NCBI GenBank assembly: GCA_964106645.2
Contig: OZ067039.1
Strand: one strand, 5' to 3'
DNA: 64,000 nt
Source: Podarcis pityusensis
Taxonomy: Eukaryota
Below, piece after piece: positions 38,622-51,126 of the stretch. The position numbers and the translations under genes are program-made. Each line of letters opens with the position of its first letter. Position 1 is the first letter of the stretch. The notes below the pieces were generated by a model. It was not told where the DNA came from. It saw only the letters and a program-made list of their open reading frames with translations, and made no database searches.

Positions 38622-38925
38622 ATCATAGAATCATAGAAATGTAGAGTTGGAAGGGATCCTGATGCAGGAATCTAAACTAGATCATGCATGACAGATGGTC
38701 ATGCATCCTCTGCTTATAAACCTCCAAGGAAGGAGAGTCCAGAGGAAGCTCCTGAGAGAGTCTGTTTCACTACTGAACAGCTCTTACCATTAGAAAGTTC
38801 TTTCTGATGTTTAGTTGGAATCTCCTTTCAGGTAACTTGAAGGCATTGGTTCGAGTACTACTCTCTGGAAGCTGTCACATGGAAGATGGAGCAAACTTGT
38901 TTTCTCCTGCTCTGGAGGGTAGGAA
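38622..38925 (-). mobile_element. CR1 3' end with an inverted 5' segment (38871-38925 on the + strand)
   Basis: atcatagaatcatagaa tail; - strand body to 38870, then + strand gctgtcacatggaagatggagcaaacttgttttctcctgctctggagggtagga. Confidence 0.75.
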
Positions 38926-40178
38926 AGAACACTTAAAAATAATTAAGGAAAGAACACAGATCTCCCTTCAAAATTCACATTTTCTACAACAAATGATACA
39001 ATGCAGAAGTTCATTTTAGTGGGGTAAAATTAATTGCATAAATGCACATACTAGGCAAAATTATGTACAACATTGTACATAATGGAAGAAATGTTCATGA
39101 AAATGTGAATGGTCATGTGTACTTAGTTTTCTTTTATGAAAAAATTGCAAATGTTTGTGGAAACAAACCTAAGACTAGAAAAATGAGACTCATTGCTCCC
39201 TAACTGCCACATACAACTGACGGGCTGTGCTCAGCTTGGTGAGCCAGTGTTTATGGACCATGCATAAAGGTTTTGTGTCTACACACAATCGTAACGGCAG
39301 TGCCCAGGTGTTTTATTTGATATAAGGCAGGTCCAAGAATGAGACCACAATGTTTTGAACCCAAAATCATTTCTGCAGGCAGACACAGCTCAAACTCTCT
39401 TCCGGTGGCTTTGTTTCTCCTTTCCTATACAGGGCAAAGGCTATATTCATTTTGTCACAATAAAGAAGCTGTTGGCTATGTTTATAGAGAGAAACATTCC
39501 GTCAATGAGGGGAAGGGAGGAGAGCGTAGGAGATGGGTGCCAAACAGTCCTTTGCAGTTGAGCTTCAGTATCTGATTCATCATCTGCATTCTGTTCATTT
39601 CCGCTGGTCTTCCTTTACACTGTCATTTTCTCCTCTTTCATGCCACAAAGGGACAACTTGGAGTTCTTGACAGGAACATAAAATCCTGCATAAATTGTCA
39701 GCCATTTGTTTATTTTGCCACAAAGCTCTGGGAAGAAGAAATATTACAGAAGATTTAACAGACACTGACAGTGTGCTGCTGCTGTTGGTTTTTTAAGACA
39801 TTATCCTTTATCAGCTATTACTGGGGGGGGGGGGGTTGCGCGCACGTGCACCCCTCCCCCAAAATGTCAGAAAGGATATATAACAGATAAACATATTTGA
39901 CTGAGGCTACAGTGCTGAATATCGAAGCTGTGAAAGAAGGCTTGGCTAGTAAGCTTGAAAACACACATTGCTCTGCATCATTCAAAGGCCCTCAACTTAT
40001 TCCAAAACAAGAAAGCACATTGGTCTCTGTTTCTGTGTGGCAGCCATTTTGAAAGCTTCAAAGGCACTCCTATTCACAGTACAAGATGGTGGAGAATGCA
40101 AATGACATAGGATTGAATCCTATGAAGTCACTGCACAAGAGGAATCCCTTCCCAGCATGCACTTTGCTTCTTTCTACT

Positions 40179-40256
40179 CCAGAGAAATGCTCATGAGGCG
40201 ACTACATTGAATACAGCCCAGAGAAATGCTCATGAGGCGACTACATTGAATACAGC
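40179..40256. repeat. Perfect 39-bp tandem duplication
   Basis: ccagagaaatgctcatgaggcgactacattgaatacagc x2. Confidence 0.95.
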
Positions 40257-41622
40257 AATAATCCATACAAAGGCATTAATGGCAGTGGAGAAAGGTAGTG
40301 AAGGGCAACAGAAGAATCAGCCTTACTATTTATATCGGAGTGTCTGGATGCACAAACCTGAACAGTAATAGGACTGTCATTTTATTTCAACAGCTGCATG
40401 GTAGGCAGAACATTTTCCTGCCAACTTTACCTACCTGATTTTTGCCTGTCCTGAAACTGTTAATGGTCTGAGAATCTGGCTCAGAAGAGTAGGCGATACT
40501 TTTACAGACAAATAAAATACCATTCTCCACCCGCAGTAATAGTAGAATAGCATGACATGTCTCATATAGGTTTTATGTGTCTTCTTGGATTACTCCCAAG
40601 TGTTGGACAAAATGAAGTGAGACAATAATCCATTTGTGTTGGTCGGTATAACATTCCCCAATCCCTTCTGCAATCTGTTTCAGACAGTGCTATTCCCATT
40701 CTTTAGGTTTATGAATACATGCAGGGTAGACTATCCGCCACTTGGATGCAGAGTGCAACAAAAGTATTCTCTGGAGAGCTTTATCATATAGCCTGATCAG
40801 TTTTGCTGCTAGAATAATACAAGAAGCAGTGCTTATTTTGAGACAGAGTTCACCAGCGACTGTCGCTGGTGCAGTAGAGCTGGTGCATGTTGCTGTTCTG
40901 GCACATTACGCTGGACCAGAATTAACCCCAGAATGAAGTCACAGGCTTTGACTTTATGTTCCTGTGTTGCAATCATTGCACTCCATCCTAAACCTGTCTT
41001 TGCAGGCACATCGGCTCACAAGATTAAACTGTAACACTCCATGTCTTTTTGATGGATCCAATTTTCTTGACTCGTTTCTTAAGATAAAGAATTTTGCAAA
41101 TATACCGATTCAACATGCAGAAGACACAGAATTTAATAGCAAGGATATCTCTCACCAGTGCCTACTGAACATTCTGCCTTTCATCGGCTAAATATAGAAG
41201 GAGATGTGAATCAAAACCAAAATTGTTTCAGAATAGATTAGCTATTCAGTAAAGAGGGACAAGCAGCTTAAGAGACATTTTGAAATCAAGACTGCATCTT
41301 ATCGGAAGATTAGATAGATAAGATCAGGGCTCAGAACTACTTTGCATTATAATAAAGGGTTTCTGAGTATGGGAGCCATTGGCTTTGCTGAAAGGAATCA
41401 CTTCTCAAGTGAAAAATGCAGATCTTAGATGTGCTGCTAGAAGAATATGGGTATATAATATGGTATTTTATATATGAAGGTGGGACTTATAGCACTGAGT
41501 TAATGTTCTTTCAACTCTCATAGAGTTGTCTGAACAATCACAGTGACCAATATTATTCAGTGGCTGCTGGTTATATTACTGTTGACATGTGACTGCATTC
41601 AAAGGATTATTATATTCCTATA

Positions 41623-41666
<44 letters not shown>

Positions 41667-41668
41667 TA
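41623..41668. repeat. (TAT)n microsatellite
   Basis: Read directly from the sequence. Confidence 0.9.
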
Positions 41669-41774
41669 TATTCTCATTAATTGATAGTTTTTAATGTTGA
41701 TTTTAAGTGTTATAATGCTCATATAATCAAACTGAGTTATTTGTTGGATTATTGTTATGTTTTACAATGATTTA

Positions 41775-41925
41775 CCCAGCCTGGATAGCTCAGTAGGTTA
41801 GAGCATGGTGTTGATAATGACAAGGTTGAAGGTTTGACCCCTATATGGGACAGCTTCATATTCCTGCATTGCAGGTGGTTGGACTAGATGATCCTCAGGG
41901 TCCCTTCCAACTCTATGATTCTATT
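41775..41925 (+). mobile_element. Short tRNA-headed SINE with a CR1-type tail (POMSINE/Squam2-like)
   Basis: tRNA head gatagctcagtaggttagagc...ggtttgaccc; CR1-type tail ggactagatgatcctcagggtcccttccaactctatgattcta. Confidence 0.75.
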
Positions 41926-43543
41926 ATATTGTTATTGCAACGATTGATTTGCCATTTTGTTGCTCTGTTGTGAGCCACTTTGCCCATATTTAAATGGAAA
42001 AACAACATACATATTGAAATTATAAATAGTAATAGCTACAAAGAACTTTTGCAATTTTTACTGAAAGCAGTCTTAACGATTGACATAAGGGATAGCCAAC
42101 TCCAAGACACTTGTGGGACAGGGTGTTAGTATTTTCCATACAGTAGCCCATGGATCTGAAGTATACTTTGTATCACAGATTAATCATTTGCCTTGCTATA
42201 TAATAAAGTTGCCTTTCCCTATAATTAAGAGTTTCGCAGTTATGCAGCAAATCACATGCACTTGCAAATGCATATAATTAGCCACCACATCCAGGGAGAC
42301 CTAATATTATATCCAGAGAGCTATCTGGAAATTCTCTACTTTTTGAAATTAGAATACATGATCATTTTTTTGTTATGAGTTAGCCTGGGTATAAATTTAT
42401 TATATCTTGATCTGAATTTGGTATGGTTGACAAAGGCCAGTTAGGATTGCTCTGAAGGCCAGATCAAGCTCACAGGGCGCTGGCTGGCTATATCTGGCCT
42501 AGTTCCTTGATCACACCATGCAGATCATAACATCAATTGAATTGACCCCAAAATAAGTTTCCAGGCGCACTTGAAGGTATAGGGTATTACCTTTAAAGCC
42601 TTTGTGGGATTTTAAATCGAATAATGGTATCCTCTTCAATGCACTTGCCCCCACACTACAGTCATTGAGGGAGATCTCAATTTGTTCTCTGAGATTCTAA
42701 GGCTGGAGGCAGAACAGCAAGATCCTTAAAAACAAAACAAAAAAACGGTAATGCCATAATATACTTGAATGAATTCACTGGGAAGGAGGGAGGTGAACAT
42801 GTCCGGTTTACTCATGCCTTTTACAAAACTGCCTGCTGATCTTGATTCATCCAGTTTGTCACTGTTTTTTTTCTAATATTTGGTTTTGCCATCCCATCTG
42901 GTGAATTGTTTGTTGCAATTGTTTTAATTGTGTGGTTTGGATTGCAAACTACCTTTGGGTGGAAGGTGTATAAGCATCTGTTTATTATAAATAAACCAAG
43001 TATTAACAGCATTCCGGAAGATTATTCTTAGTACATCGCCAAAGGTTGTCAAGGAGCTAGGTGTAATATAAAATAGAGACCTTTGTTTAAACAAGCTTTC
43101 ATTCAGCTCCCAACACTCCCTGTCCCTCCTGCTCTGTCTCTATCCTGTTGGTGCTGAAATGCTTCCTCAATCTGTGCCTTCCCTCTGGGTCACTAAATTT
43201 CTCTCTCCAACAGCTGTCCTAATCCTCTTATATAGTTCTACATAAATGGATGCATTGGCCTTCTTTTACACATCAGGAGAACCAGATAGATAAGTGCATA
43301 TGAAGAATAATTCCCTGTGTAAAGAACTGGAGTGGGGAGGGGCATTGCATGCCCCCCCATATTGGCATCTCTAGAACAATTCATGAATTCTGCTACAAGT
43401 AGGTGCAAAAATAGTTGCTGTGTGAGTAGGGAACTCAGGCCTGGTGTGTGTGTCTAGCTCTCCAATCCACTCTATCCAGACTAGGCAGCACTAGATTTAG
43501 GGCGGTGCAAGTGTTTTCCCCTCACACAGGGCATACTTAAGAA

Positions 43544-43796
43544 CAGGGGGTCAGCAAACTTTTTCAGCAGGGGGCCGGTCCACTGTCCCTCAGACCTTGT
43601 GGGGGGCTGGACTATATTTTGAAGGGGGGGGAATGAACAAATTCCTATGCCCCACAAATAACCCAGAGATGCATTTTAAATGAAAGGGCACATTCTACTC
43701 ATGTAAAAACACGATGATTCCTGGACCGTCCGTGGGCCAGATTTAGAAGGAGGTTGGGCCAGATCCAGCCCCCAGGCCTTAGTTTGCCTACCCATG
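43544..43796. mobile_element. hAT MITE, family B
   Basis: Reverse copy of 10218-10470; perfect 8-bp TSD cttaagaa at 43536-43543 and 43797-43804. Confidence 0.92.
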
Positions 43797-44706
43797 CTTA
43801 AGAAGATCCCTTTAGGGCACCATATTTTGGCCTTGCATGAAAGACTACCAAAGTCCACCCCTGGCTCAGGCCACACCCTTTTCCAGGCTGTGCCCCTCAC
43901 GTGCACTGCTGTGTACCCATCTTGAGTAGTTTTTGCTGGCTGGATTGTACCCTTAAACTATGATAATGGCTTTGGCTTGCTGAGATGGAGAGGGCTGTTT
44001 GTGTGCACAGACGGCTGCTTCTTGCGTAGATGGAATGTTGACTGTTCTAGGGTTGCCATATGTCCAGAATTTCTGACCTGGTCCGCCACTGGCATACAAC
44101 TCTCCCAGGGGTTGCTCACAAGGGAATGCAGCCCTTAAGCTGAAAAAAGCTCTCCCACTCCAGGTGCAGGCAAAGGATACCCTGAAGAGCAGACAGGCAA
44201 GAGTGACAGCTTGACCCCGTGACAATGGGTGCACGAGGCCATGGGTGCCATGCAGAGTGCATGGCTCTGGCACTGAAATTTGTGAGTGCCCAGCCCCTTC
44301 ATGGGGAATTTTGTAGGTGTTTGGGCACCCAGGGTCCCAGGGAGTTGGCACTTTTGCACACAGGTGTCACTCACCCACAACGTAAATATTGCTGAGCAAC
44401 TGGCCAGCAAAACTAATGGGATATAGCACAAGTTTAGCACTCATTTCCATGCTACTTGATTCTGTAAAAAAACAAACAATGTGTATCTGGAAACCTGGAA
44501 AATTGCTGGAATTTTGTGTAGGGCTGTGCACAGGGTTCCACATCCTCTTTCTCCAGCTTACTGTTGCTGTCAAACTTCTGCCAAGGGAAGATGTGCACAG
44601 AAAAGGCCATCAGCCCCCAAGAGAACAAGCACCTTAAGCCAGCTATCCTTTAGCCGACTGCCCTCCCTTGCAGAAATTGCTTTCCTCTACTGTTGAGCAC
44701 AGGTGA

Positions 44707-45141
44707 TGTCAGGGAACTGCCATCGGAGCTGGAGGCGGAGGGAAGGCTCCAAAGGGATGCTGGAGAGGGTCCCAGTAGGGAGAGAGGCAGCACGTCCGCT
44801 GGGGAAGGAAATCAGCGTAACACCAGTGGAGAAAGGGGGCAGATGGGGGAATCGGAGAGGAGGCTCCAAGACTCTTCGCCGGAGACCAGCAGAGAGAGTA
44901 CGGGTCCTCCGCTGCCCACACCCTCCCTGCGCAGAAGGCTTTCGCGCAGGGAGACTAGGCGGAGACTAGGTGTCAAGGAACTTTTGTGCTGGAAGAAGTT
45001 CAAGAAACGCCCACTGACGGATTCTGCCAGCGACTGAGACAGCCACGAAGCTAGAGGCTGTCCGGTCAGAAAGGGTTCAACCAGGTAACCTAGCCAGGAG
45101 TGGCGGCAACTTACGCACGAGCAACCCCTAAACCCATTACA
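44707..45141 (+). mobile_element. Solo LTR (Gypsy-like, 435 bp) with an uninterrupted 109-codon frame from nt 2
   Basis: TGTCA...TTACA termini; perfect 5-bp TSD ggtga at 44702-44706 and 45142-45146; frame 44708-45037; no AATAAA seen. Confidence 0.85.
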
Positions 45142-45381
45142 GGTGATGATTATAATGGTAACGCTTCTGTCCCAATTTCTGACCTTCCTTTCACGCTGCA
45201 GTACAACTACCGGTGTGAATGAAATTTAGCATGATGTAGCAGCATATAGGTACTGCAGTGTGGAAGGGATGTTAGAAAATGGGACAAAAATGCTAGCCTT
45301 ATAATCAGTAAAAGTAGTGGAATAAACCCCACATGAGAATGCAGCCTTTGGCAATTAAGTGGTATATAAATTTGATAATAA

Positions 45382-45414
<33 letters not shown>

Positions 45415-46775
45415 CAGGAGCAGCGGCAGCAGCTATGCTGTTCAGTAGGAAAAAGAAAGAGATATTTATTCCCTCATTTACACTGGAGCCACTCCATTGT
45501 GCATGGCTTAACAATCCATAGGATACTGTGAATATATTGTCTTCTCAAGGTGAGTCCAAAGATGAGCTAACTTTCAGCTACTGCACTCATGATTCTTCAA
45601 AGAGCAATGGTTACTGCATGTTTAGTCATTCTGAAGAGCCAATATTCAATATGTTTTACAGCTCAGAAAATAGTGCTTGTTGACTAGTGCCCATGATAGT
45701 AAGATGAAGCTTCGAAAACAATGCAGTATATAAAATATTTATGGGGGCTCTGTCACAAAGCTTTTTTTTTTTCCGTGGGCTTCCTATGTGGAAGAACAAA
45801 ACATAAAGATGGAGCCAAGGGCTTTAAAATTTATCGTGTTGCCATAATCTCATTCCAGATAGCTATTTCTTTCTTTCTTAATATCTTTCCCACAGCAACT
45901 AAAATAGCATAAATGAAGAAAATGAAGCTCTATATTATTACAGCGAAATTGAATGCAAAGGGATCCCCTAGTGGCACGGAAATATACTGTATGAGCAAAA
46001 GTCACCTCCGCTATGATTGGGAACATAAAATACATCAGTATCGGCTTAATGACAGCCAGTTTCATTCTTGCCTTTCCCATAGAATAGGAATTAAAAGCGA
46101 GATCCCACGAAGTCCCTTCTGGCAACCTCTGGCAAAGCCCCCACTGTCTTTGGAGAGTACGGAGGAAATTGCTTTGCTCAGCACCTCAAAGGGCAGGTCT
46201 ATAAGACACTCTCTACTCCCCAAATGCAGACACTTCTTGATCACTCATCACTAGCTTAATAGAGTTTTACATGTTATTTATGGCACATTAATACGGGACG
46301 TGTCAGTGTTGGTGCATCTAATTCATTGTCAAAAGTATAAAAGCTGTTAAATGTTGCCATTAAAAAGTGCTTAAGGGCTGATATGTCTAATATGACATTA
46401 CTTAAACTTTTTTGGTGTTCCCCCCAATGAGCTTTTTTACAGAGTAGTCATACAGGGCAATCACCATACCGCTTCTTGAAACAGCTTATAAATTATGACA
46501 AATCAAAGAGTGGCGAGGTTTTAATTGTGCGTGAAATTCATTTCATGTCTCATACATCACTAGGAGAAGAGTAAACTCCTTTCCCATCAGTTTGATTAGA
46601 CGTGTGAAGCTTGAATGTCATAGGAGAGAAATAACACTTGTTCTTAACTGGTTCTGAATTGGACACATCACCCCGAAAGCATCGCTCATAGTTAGTGGTG
46701 GACCCAAGCGCTGGATCTGTAATGTGGCAGTAACCAAGCACTGCATTTAGCTAAGCAAGCCAAGTGTGTATTGGT

Positions 46776-46960
46776 GGAAGGTCCATAACTTAGTGGTATA
46801 GCACCTTCATTTTGCCTGCAGATGATTCCAGGTTCAATCTCTGACATTTCCAGATAGGGCTGCAGCAGACCCCACTCTGAAAGCCAGGAGAACTAATGCC
46901 CACCATAGTAGACAAGACTGAGTTAGATGGACAAATGATCTGACTTCTTACGTTTCTATA
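46776..46960 (+). mobile_element. Degenerate tRNA-derived SINE with a CR1-like tail (reverse fragment near 13360-13470)
   Basis: cataacttagtggtatagcac...caggttcaatctctg...gactgagttagatggacaaatgatctgact. Confidence 0.55.
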
Positions 46961-47784
46961 CCAAGTACAGTACTAACTGCTAAGGTAAGAGAGAGAGATT
47001 ATAGTTTCGAAGGATTGAAGGTGGTATGACCGGGACGTAAGTGCCCATGGGGTATATATACTCATCCAAAGGTCAAACAGTACTTCAGAAACCTGAAAAT
47101 ATTGATTGATAAGTTGGACAAATGAAATTAGTGTATCCACCATGGCCACCTATGGGCTTCAGCTCTCTTAAAAATATATACCTGCCAGTCAAAGATGTCT
47201 TTTCACTGAAGCATTGCTCATTGGCAGAAGACATTTCCCATATGAATTTTCCGTATGCATCACTGTCTGTGATCTTGAGCGGATTTGTTTTTCTTCTTCT
47301 TGCTGTTTCCATCCCTGTAATGCAGAAATAGGCAACTTGCATTTAGCCCTCAGTTTAATTGATGCGACCCTTGGCCATATTTCCCAAGCCCTCTGCAAGT
47401 TCAGACCTGCAGGAAGAGAGCACCCTGTCCCTCCCTTAGCAGCCCTTTGGGTCAGGAAAAGAGGGAAAGAAGGGGAGTTCTCACCTACTTCTGATTCTGG
47501 CATCACCTACTGCCTGATTCCACCTCCGTTGCCTGACAGGTAATTCTCGAAGGAATGCAGCACTCGGCAGGAAAAAGCTTGCCCATCCCTGCTGTGACGG
47601 AATTAGACTTTTTTTTTTTTAAGCACATCATCTAAATCTACACTGTAGGCTTGGTAGGCTCATTTACAGCTGAAGCACCGCTTAACTTTGCAGTCACTGC
47701 CATTGTTGCTTTTTAATGCATTGCTAATGCTGTGTTTATCAAGTGTTTTTATTGCTGTATTATTGTTACTGTGTTTTACTACAC

Positions 47785-48526
47785 AGGTTAAGTACTTAAT
47801 TCGTTCCGGAGGTCTGATCTTAACCTGAAACTGTTTTTTTTTTTTTTTTAATGATATTTATTAGAGTTTCCAATAAAAAGAACACATCAGTAAAAAAATT
47901 AAAAAGAAAAAAGAAAAATACACAATTCAAAAGTACACGATACATAATCCAAAAAAAAACAAAAAAACAAAACAAAAGACAAAAAAGAAAACAGTTAAAA
48001 ACAATACCACCTTTTCATCACCATTTTTAAATTAACTTATTTTCTGGACCTCCTCATACCTCCCTCTTTTGTATTCCAGTTCAATTTTGTTTGTCCAGCA
48101 ATTTCTTTCCCTCTTTTTTAATCCCAATCCTTAATCTTAATATAGTATAACATTAAAATTTTTACCTCTTATAAGCCAAATTTCCATTTCCTTTAACTTT
48201 TTTAATCCTAATCCTTAATCTTGATCTATATATAACTTTAAAGCCTGTATAGCTAGAAGCCACTTAATTTCAATCCATCATCACTCTAACATTCTTTAAT
48301 TTTGCAATGTTTCTGTAGATAATCTTTAAATTTCTTCCAATCTTCTTCCACCTTAACCTGAAACTGTTTTTAACCTGAAGCACCAGCTAATGGGGCCTCC
48401 TGCTGCCGCCGCACCGCCGGAGCACAATTTCTGTTCTCATCCTGAAGCAATGTTCTTAACCCGAGGTACTATTTCTGGGTTAGCGGAGTCTGTAACCTGA
48501 AGCGTATGTAACCCAAGGTACCAATG
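47785..48526. mobile_element. Tc1/mariner-pogo MITE, family A, left TIR damaged, split by an L1
   Basis: ggttaagtacttaattcgttccggagg [L1] ttaacctgaagcacc...aggtaccaatgTA. Confidence 0.85.
47839..48351 (-). mobile_element. L1 3' end (last ORF2 codons, 3'UTR and poly(A))
   Basis: VEEDWKKFKDYLQKHCKIKEC*; 3'UTR similar to the 54747 L1; TSD cttaacctgaaactgttttt at 47819-47838 and 48352-48371; target TTTT/AA. Confidence 0.92.
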
Positions 48527-49704
48527 TAGTTTTATTGCACTGTGATTCTTATATGCTACCCTGACTGGTCCATGGGCCCAAGGAGGGAGGGGTAGAGATT
48601 TCATAAAGAAAGACATGTTGCTAGCACACCCAAGACTTCTAAACTGCCTTATATGCAAAGGGCACAGCTAACACCAAGAATGCAACACTGATCCACTAGC
48701 CTTTGCTGTTGATGGACTCACATCATTGCCTTCTAAAGCTTCATGTGATGACATGCCGGCGCCATGCATAGAGGACAAAGTCCTGGTGCAAGTGATATTG
48801 ATAGAAGCAGTTGGCCAGAGGCTGAGTTTATTTGACTCCCCACGCTGTGATTGAATCCCACCTGAAAATTGTGAAAGTATGGAAGCACTCTTAAGTGTAA
48901 AGATACAAAATTCTATAGTACTTCTTGATTTCCCCCCCCTGTGGATTTCATCTTTGCCTATTATTTATTTTGTTATCATTTACTTTTTATTGTTTATTTA
49001 TTTTTTGGTACATGGAACGTATGAAAGACTTACTCCCTTGGAGTTTCAGCTTTGAGGCAAGATGTGATTCGGCAACATAAATTAGCAATGAAAAGTCTAC
49101 TTTGGAAAATGAAACTGTAATATGTAAAAGAAAAAGTTCCCACATTGATTTATTTGCTCACTGCGAGGACCAGTGTGTAAAAACGACCGTGTTCGGGGAA
49201 ATAATGAGATTGAGTCTGTGTTCTGAGAATAAAAAAAACAACTGGGGGAAAATAGGCAATTTAAGGGAAGAGTGACTTATTAAAATGAACATGTATGCAT
49301 CAAAATCCACAACACGTTGAATGAAACTGAAAATGTGTCAAGCTGTTTAAAATCAATTTAGAAGCCAAAGAATTGGTTTATTCACTGGTTTATGACTGAG
49401 ATGCCTATTTTAATTGCAATTTTGGACACTGATATGATGGAATGTTACTCTGCTAGAAAGGTCATATAAGCTGCAATATTTCTAAAAAGAGTTGGTAGGA
49501 TAATCTCTTCCTCTTTTGCAATTAAAATGGAAGGCTCAGGTTGAGAGGTCAAGGAAATACCTGTGTAAACTACTGCACGCATCTTCAGAAGCTGGTGGCA
49601 TGGCAGTACAGATGGGCCTTCTTGTATTTCAGCAGGGAGTGTATTCCGTAACATCAGCGCTACTGAAGAAACAGTCCAGATCTACATCATTACAAGGTAA
49701 CAGT

Positions 49705-50253
49705 TTTCTCCTTTGGCGATCCCTTATAGCCGAGTAACATTGTCTTCCATAAACATGGTTTTAACAATGAGTCCGTAAGTGATTGCGGAGGCCAATTCTG
49801 GATCCACACGTCCTTCCACAGTGGAGACATTGATTTCCGGACAGGAGTTGATCACGGTGTGGATTTGCCAAGCATGCCTTCCTCTTAGCACATTTCTCCC
49901 TTTCGTCCTGAGTTCAAGTAAAGGCTGTTCTCCAATTGAAGCGCTTGCAGGCAAGTATTTCCCAATTGTTGGTGTTTATACTACATTTTTATAAATTTGT
50001 CTTGAGACAGTCTTTCAACCTCTTTTGTTGACCACCAGCATTACACTTTCCATTTTTAAGTTTGGAATAGAGTTGCTTTGGAAGACAATAATCAGGCATC
50101 CGCACAACATGACCAGTCCAATGAAGTTGATGTTGAAGAATCATCTTTGCTTCTTCCAGTACACTGGTATTAGTTCGCCTGTCTTCCTAAGTGATGTGTA
50201 AAATTTACTGGAGACACCATTGATGGATGACCAGTCCAACGAAGTTGATGTTG
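49705..50253 (-). mobile_element. RTE-clade LINE (non-BovB), 5'-truncated 3' end
   Basis: - strand MILQHQLHWTGHVVRMPDYCLPKQLYSKLKNGKCNAGGQQKRLKDCLK; 11-bp TSD aaggtaacagt at 49694-49704 and 50254-50264. Confidence 0.85.
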
Positions 50254-51089
50254 AAGGTAACAGTAATCAAGCTCTGGCAAGACTATCTGGGTTCCATTTG
50301 TTAATCTTAATGTCCTTACTATGCAATAGGAATAGCACAGGGATCAGCTGAAAGCCCTTATTTTTATGCATTCCAAAGTATAATTTCTGCATTGGCTGCA
50401 CTCAGAGAACTACAAAAGTGGCTGGACGTGTGGGTGTGGTGGAGCAAAATGGGGAGTTTTAACACGGAATTTTGCATAATTTGAATTCTACTGGAACTCA
50501 CATATTTGCCCGTGTATGTAGCTCTGCTAAGGAGGCAGTGTATCTGATGAACTTCAGCTCTTTCCACCTTTCCCCCTTGGCTTAGAGCAAAAACAAAGAG
50601 CAAGGATGGCAATAAGGTAAGCTTTTATCATCTGAGTAATAAGATAATTACATAGTCTGTTATATTACTTAACTGATTGGCAGGAATGTTTCTAGCAGAT
50701 GTTTTCCTTTGATAATGTGCATTCAATTAGCAGAAACTAACAAATAAAATGCTGGCACTGAATATGAAACAATAGTTATCAATGGAAATCTTTCTCCCTT
50801 TTCATCCTTCACACGCCCTGTAGAGCACATTTAAAATTTAAATTTTTCGCCTTGATATTAAGCAGAGGCGGATATAAGAATATGTTTTATCAAATAACAG
50901 TTACTTGAATATATTAATACCTAAAGAGGCAAAGGTTCCTCACTGTTCAAGAATACGTATTAAGTCAAATCATATTGAAGATAAACATTTGCAAAGTGGG
51001 AAGATGTTTTACAAGCTTGTTAAATGTATTTTCATGGGCATTCAAGAGAAAATGAATTCAAGGGAATTAAAAAAAAAAGATAGAATATG

Positions 51090-51094
<5 letters not shown>

Positions 51095-51124
<30 letters not shown>
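51095..51124. repeat. (AC)n microsatellite
   Basis: Read directly from the sequence. Confidence 0.95.

Positions 51125-51126
<2 letters not shown>

Noticed and set aside
41775-41850. tRNA gene
   Set aside because: Degenerate tRNA-like head continuing into a CR1-type tail, i.e. a SINE; the same applies to the A/B boxes at 1961, 21082, 58768 and 60592
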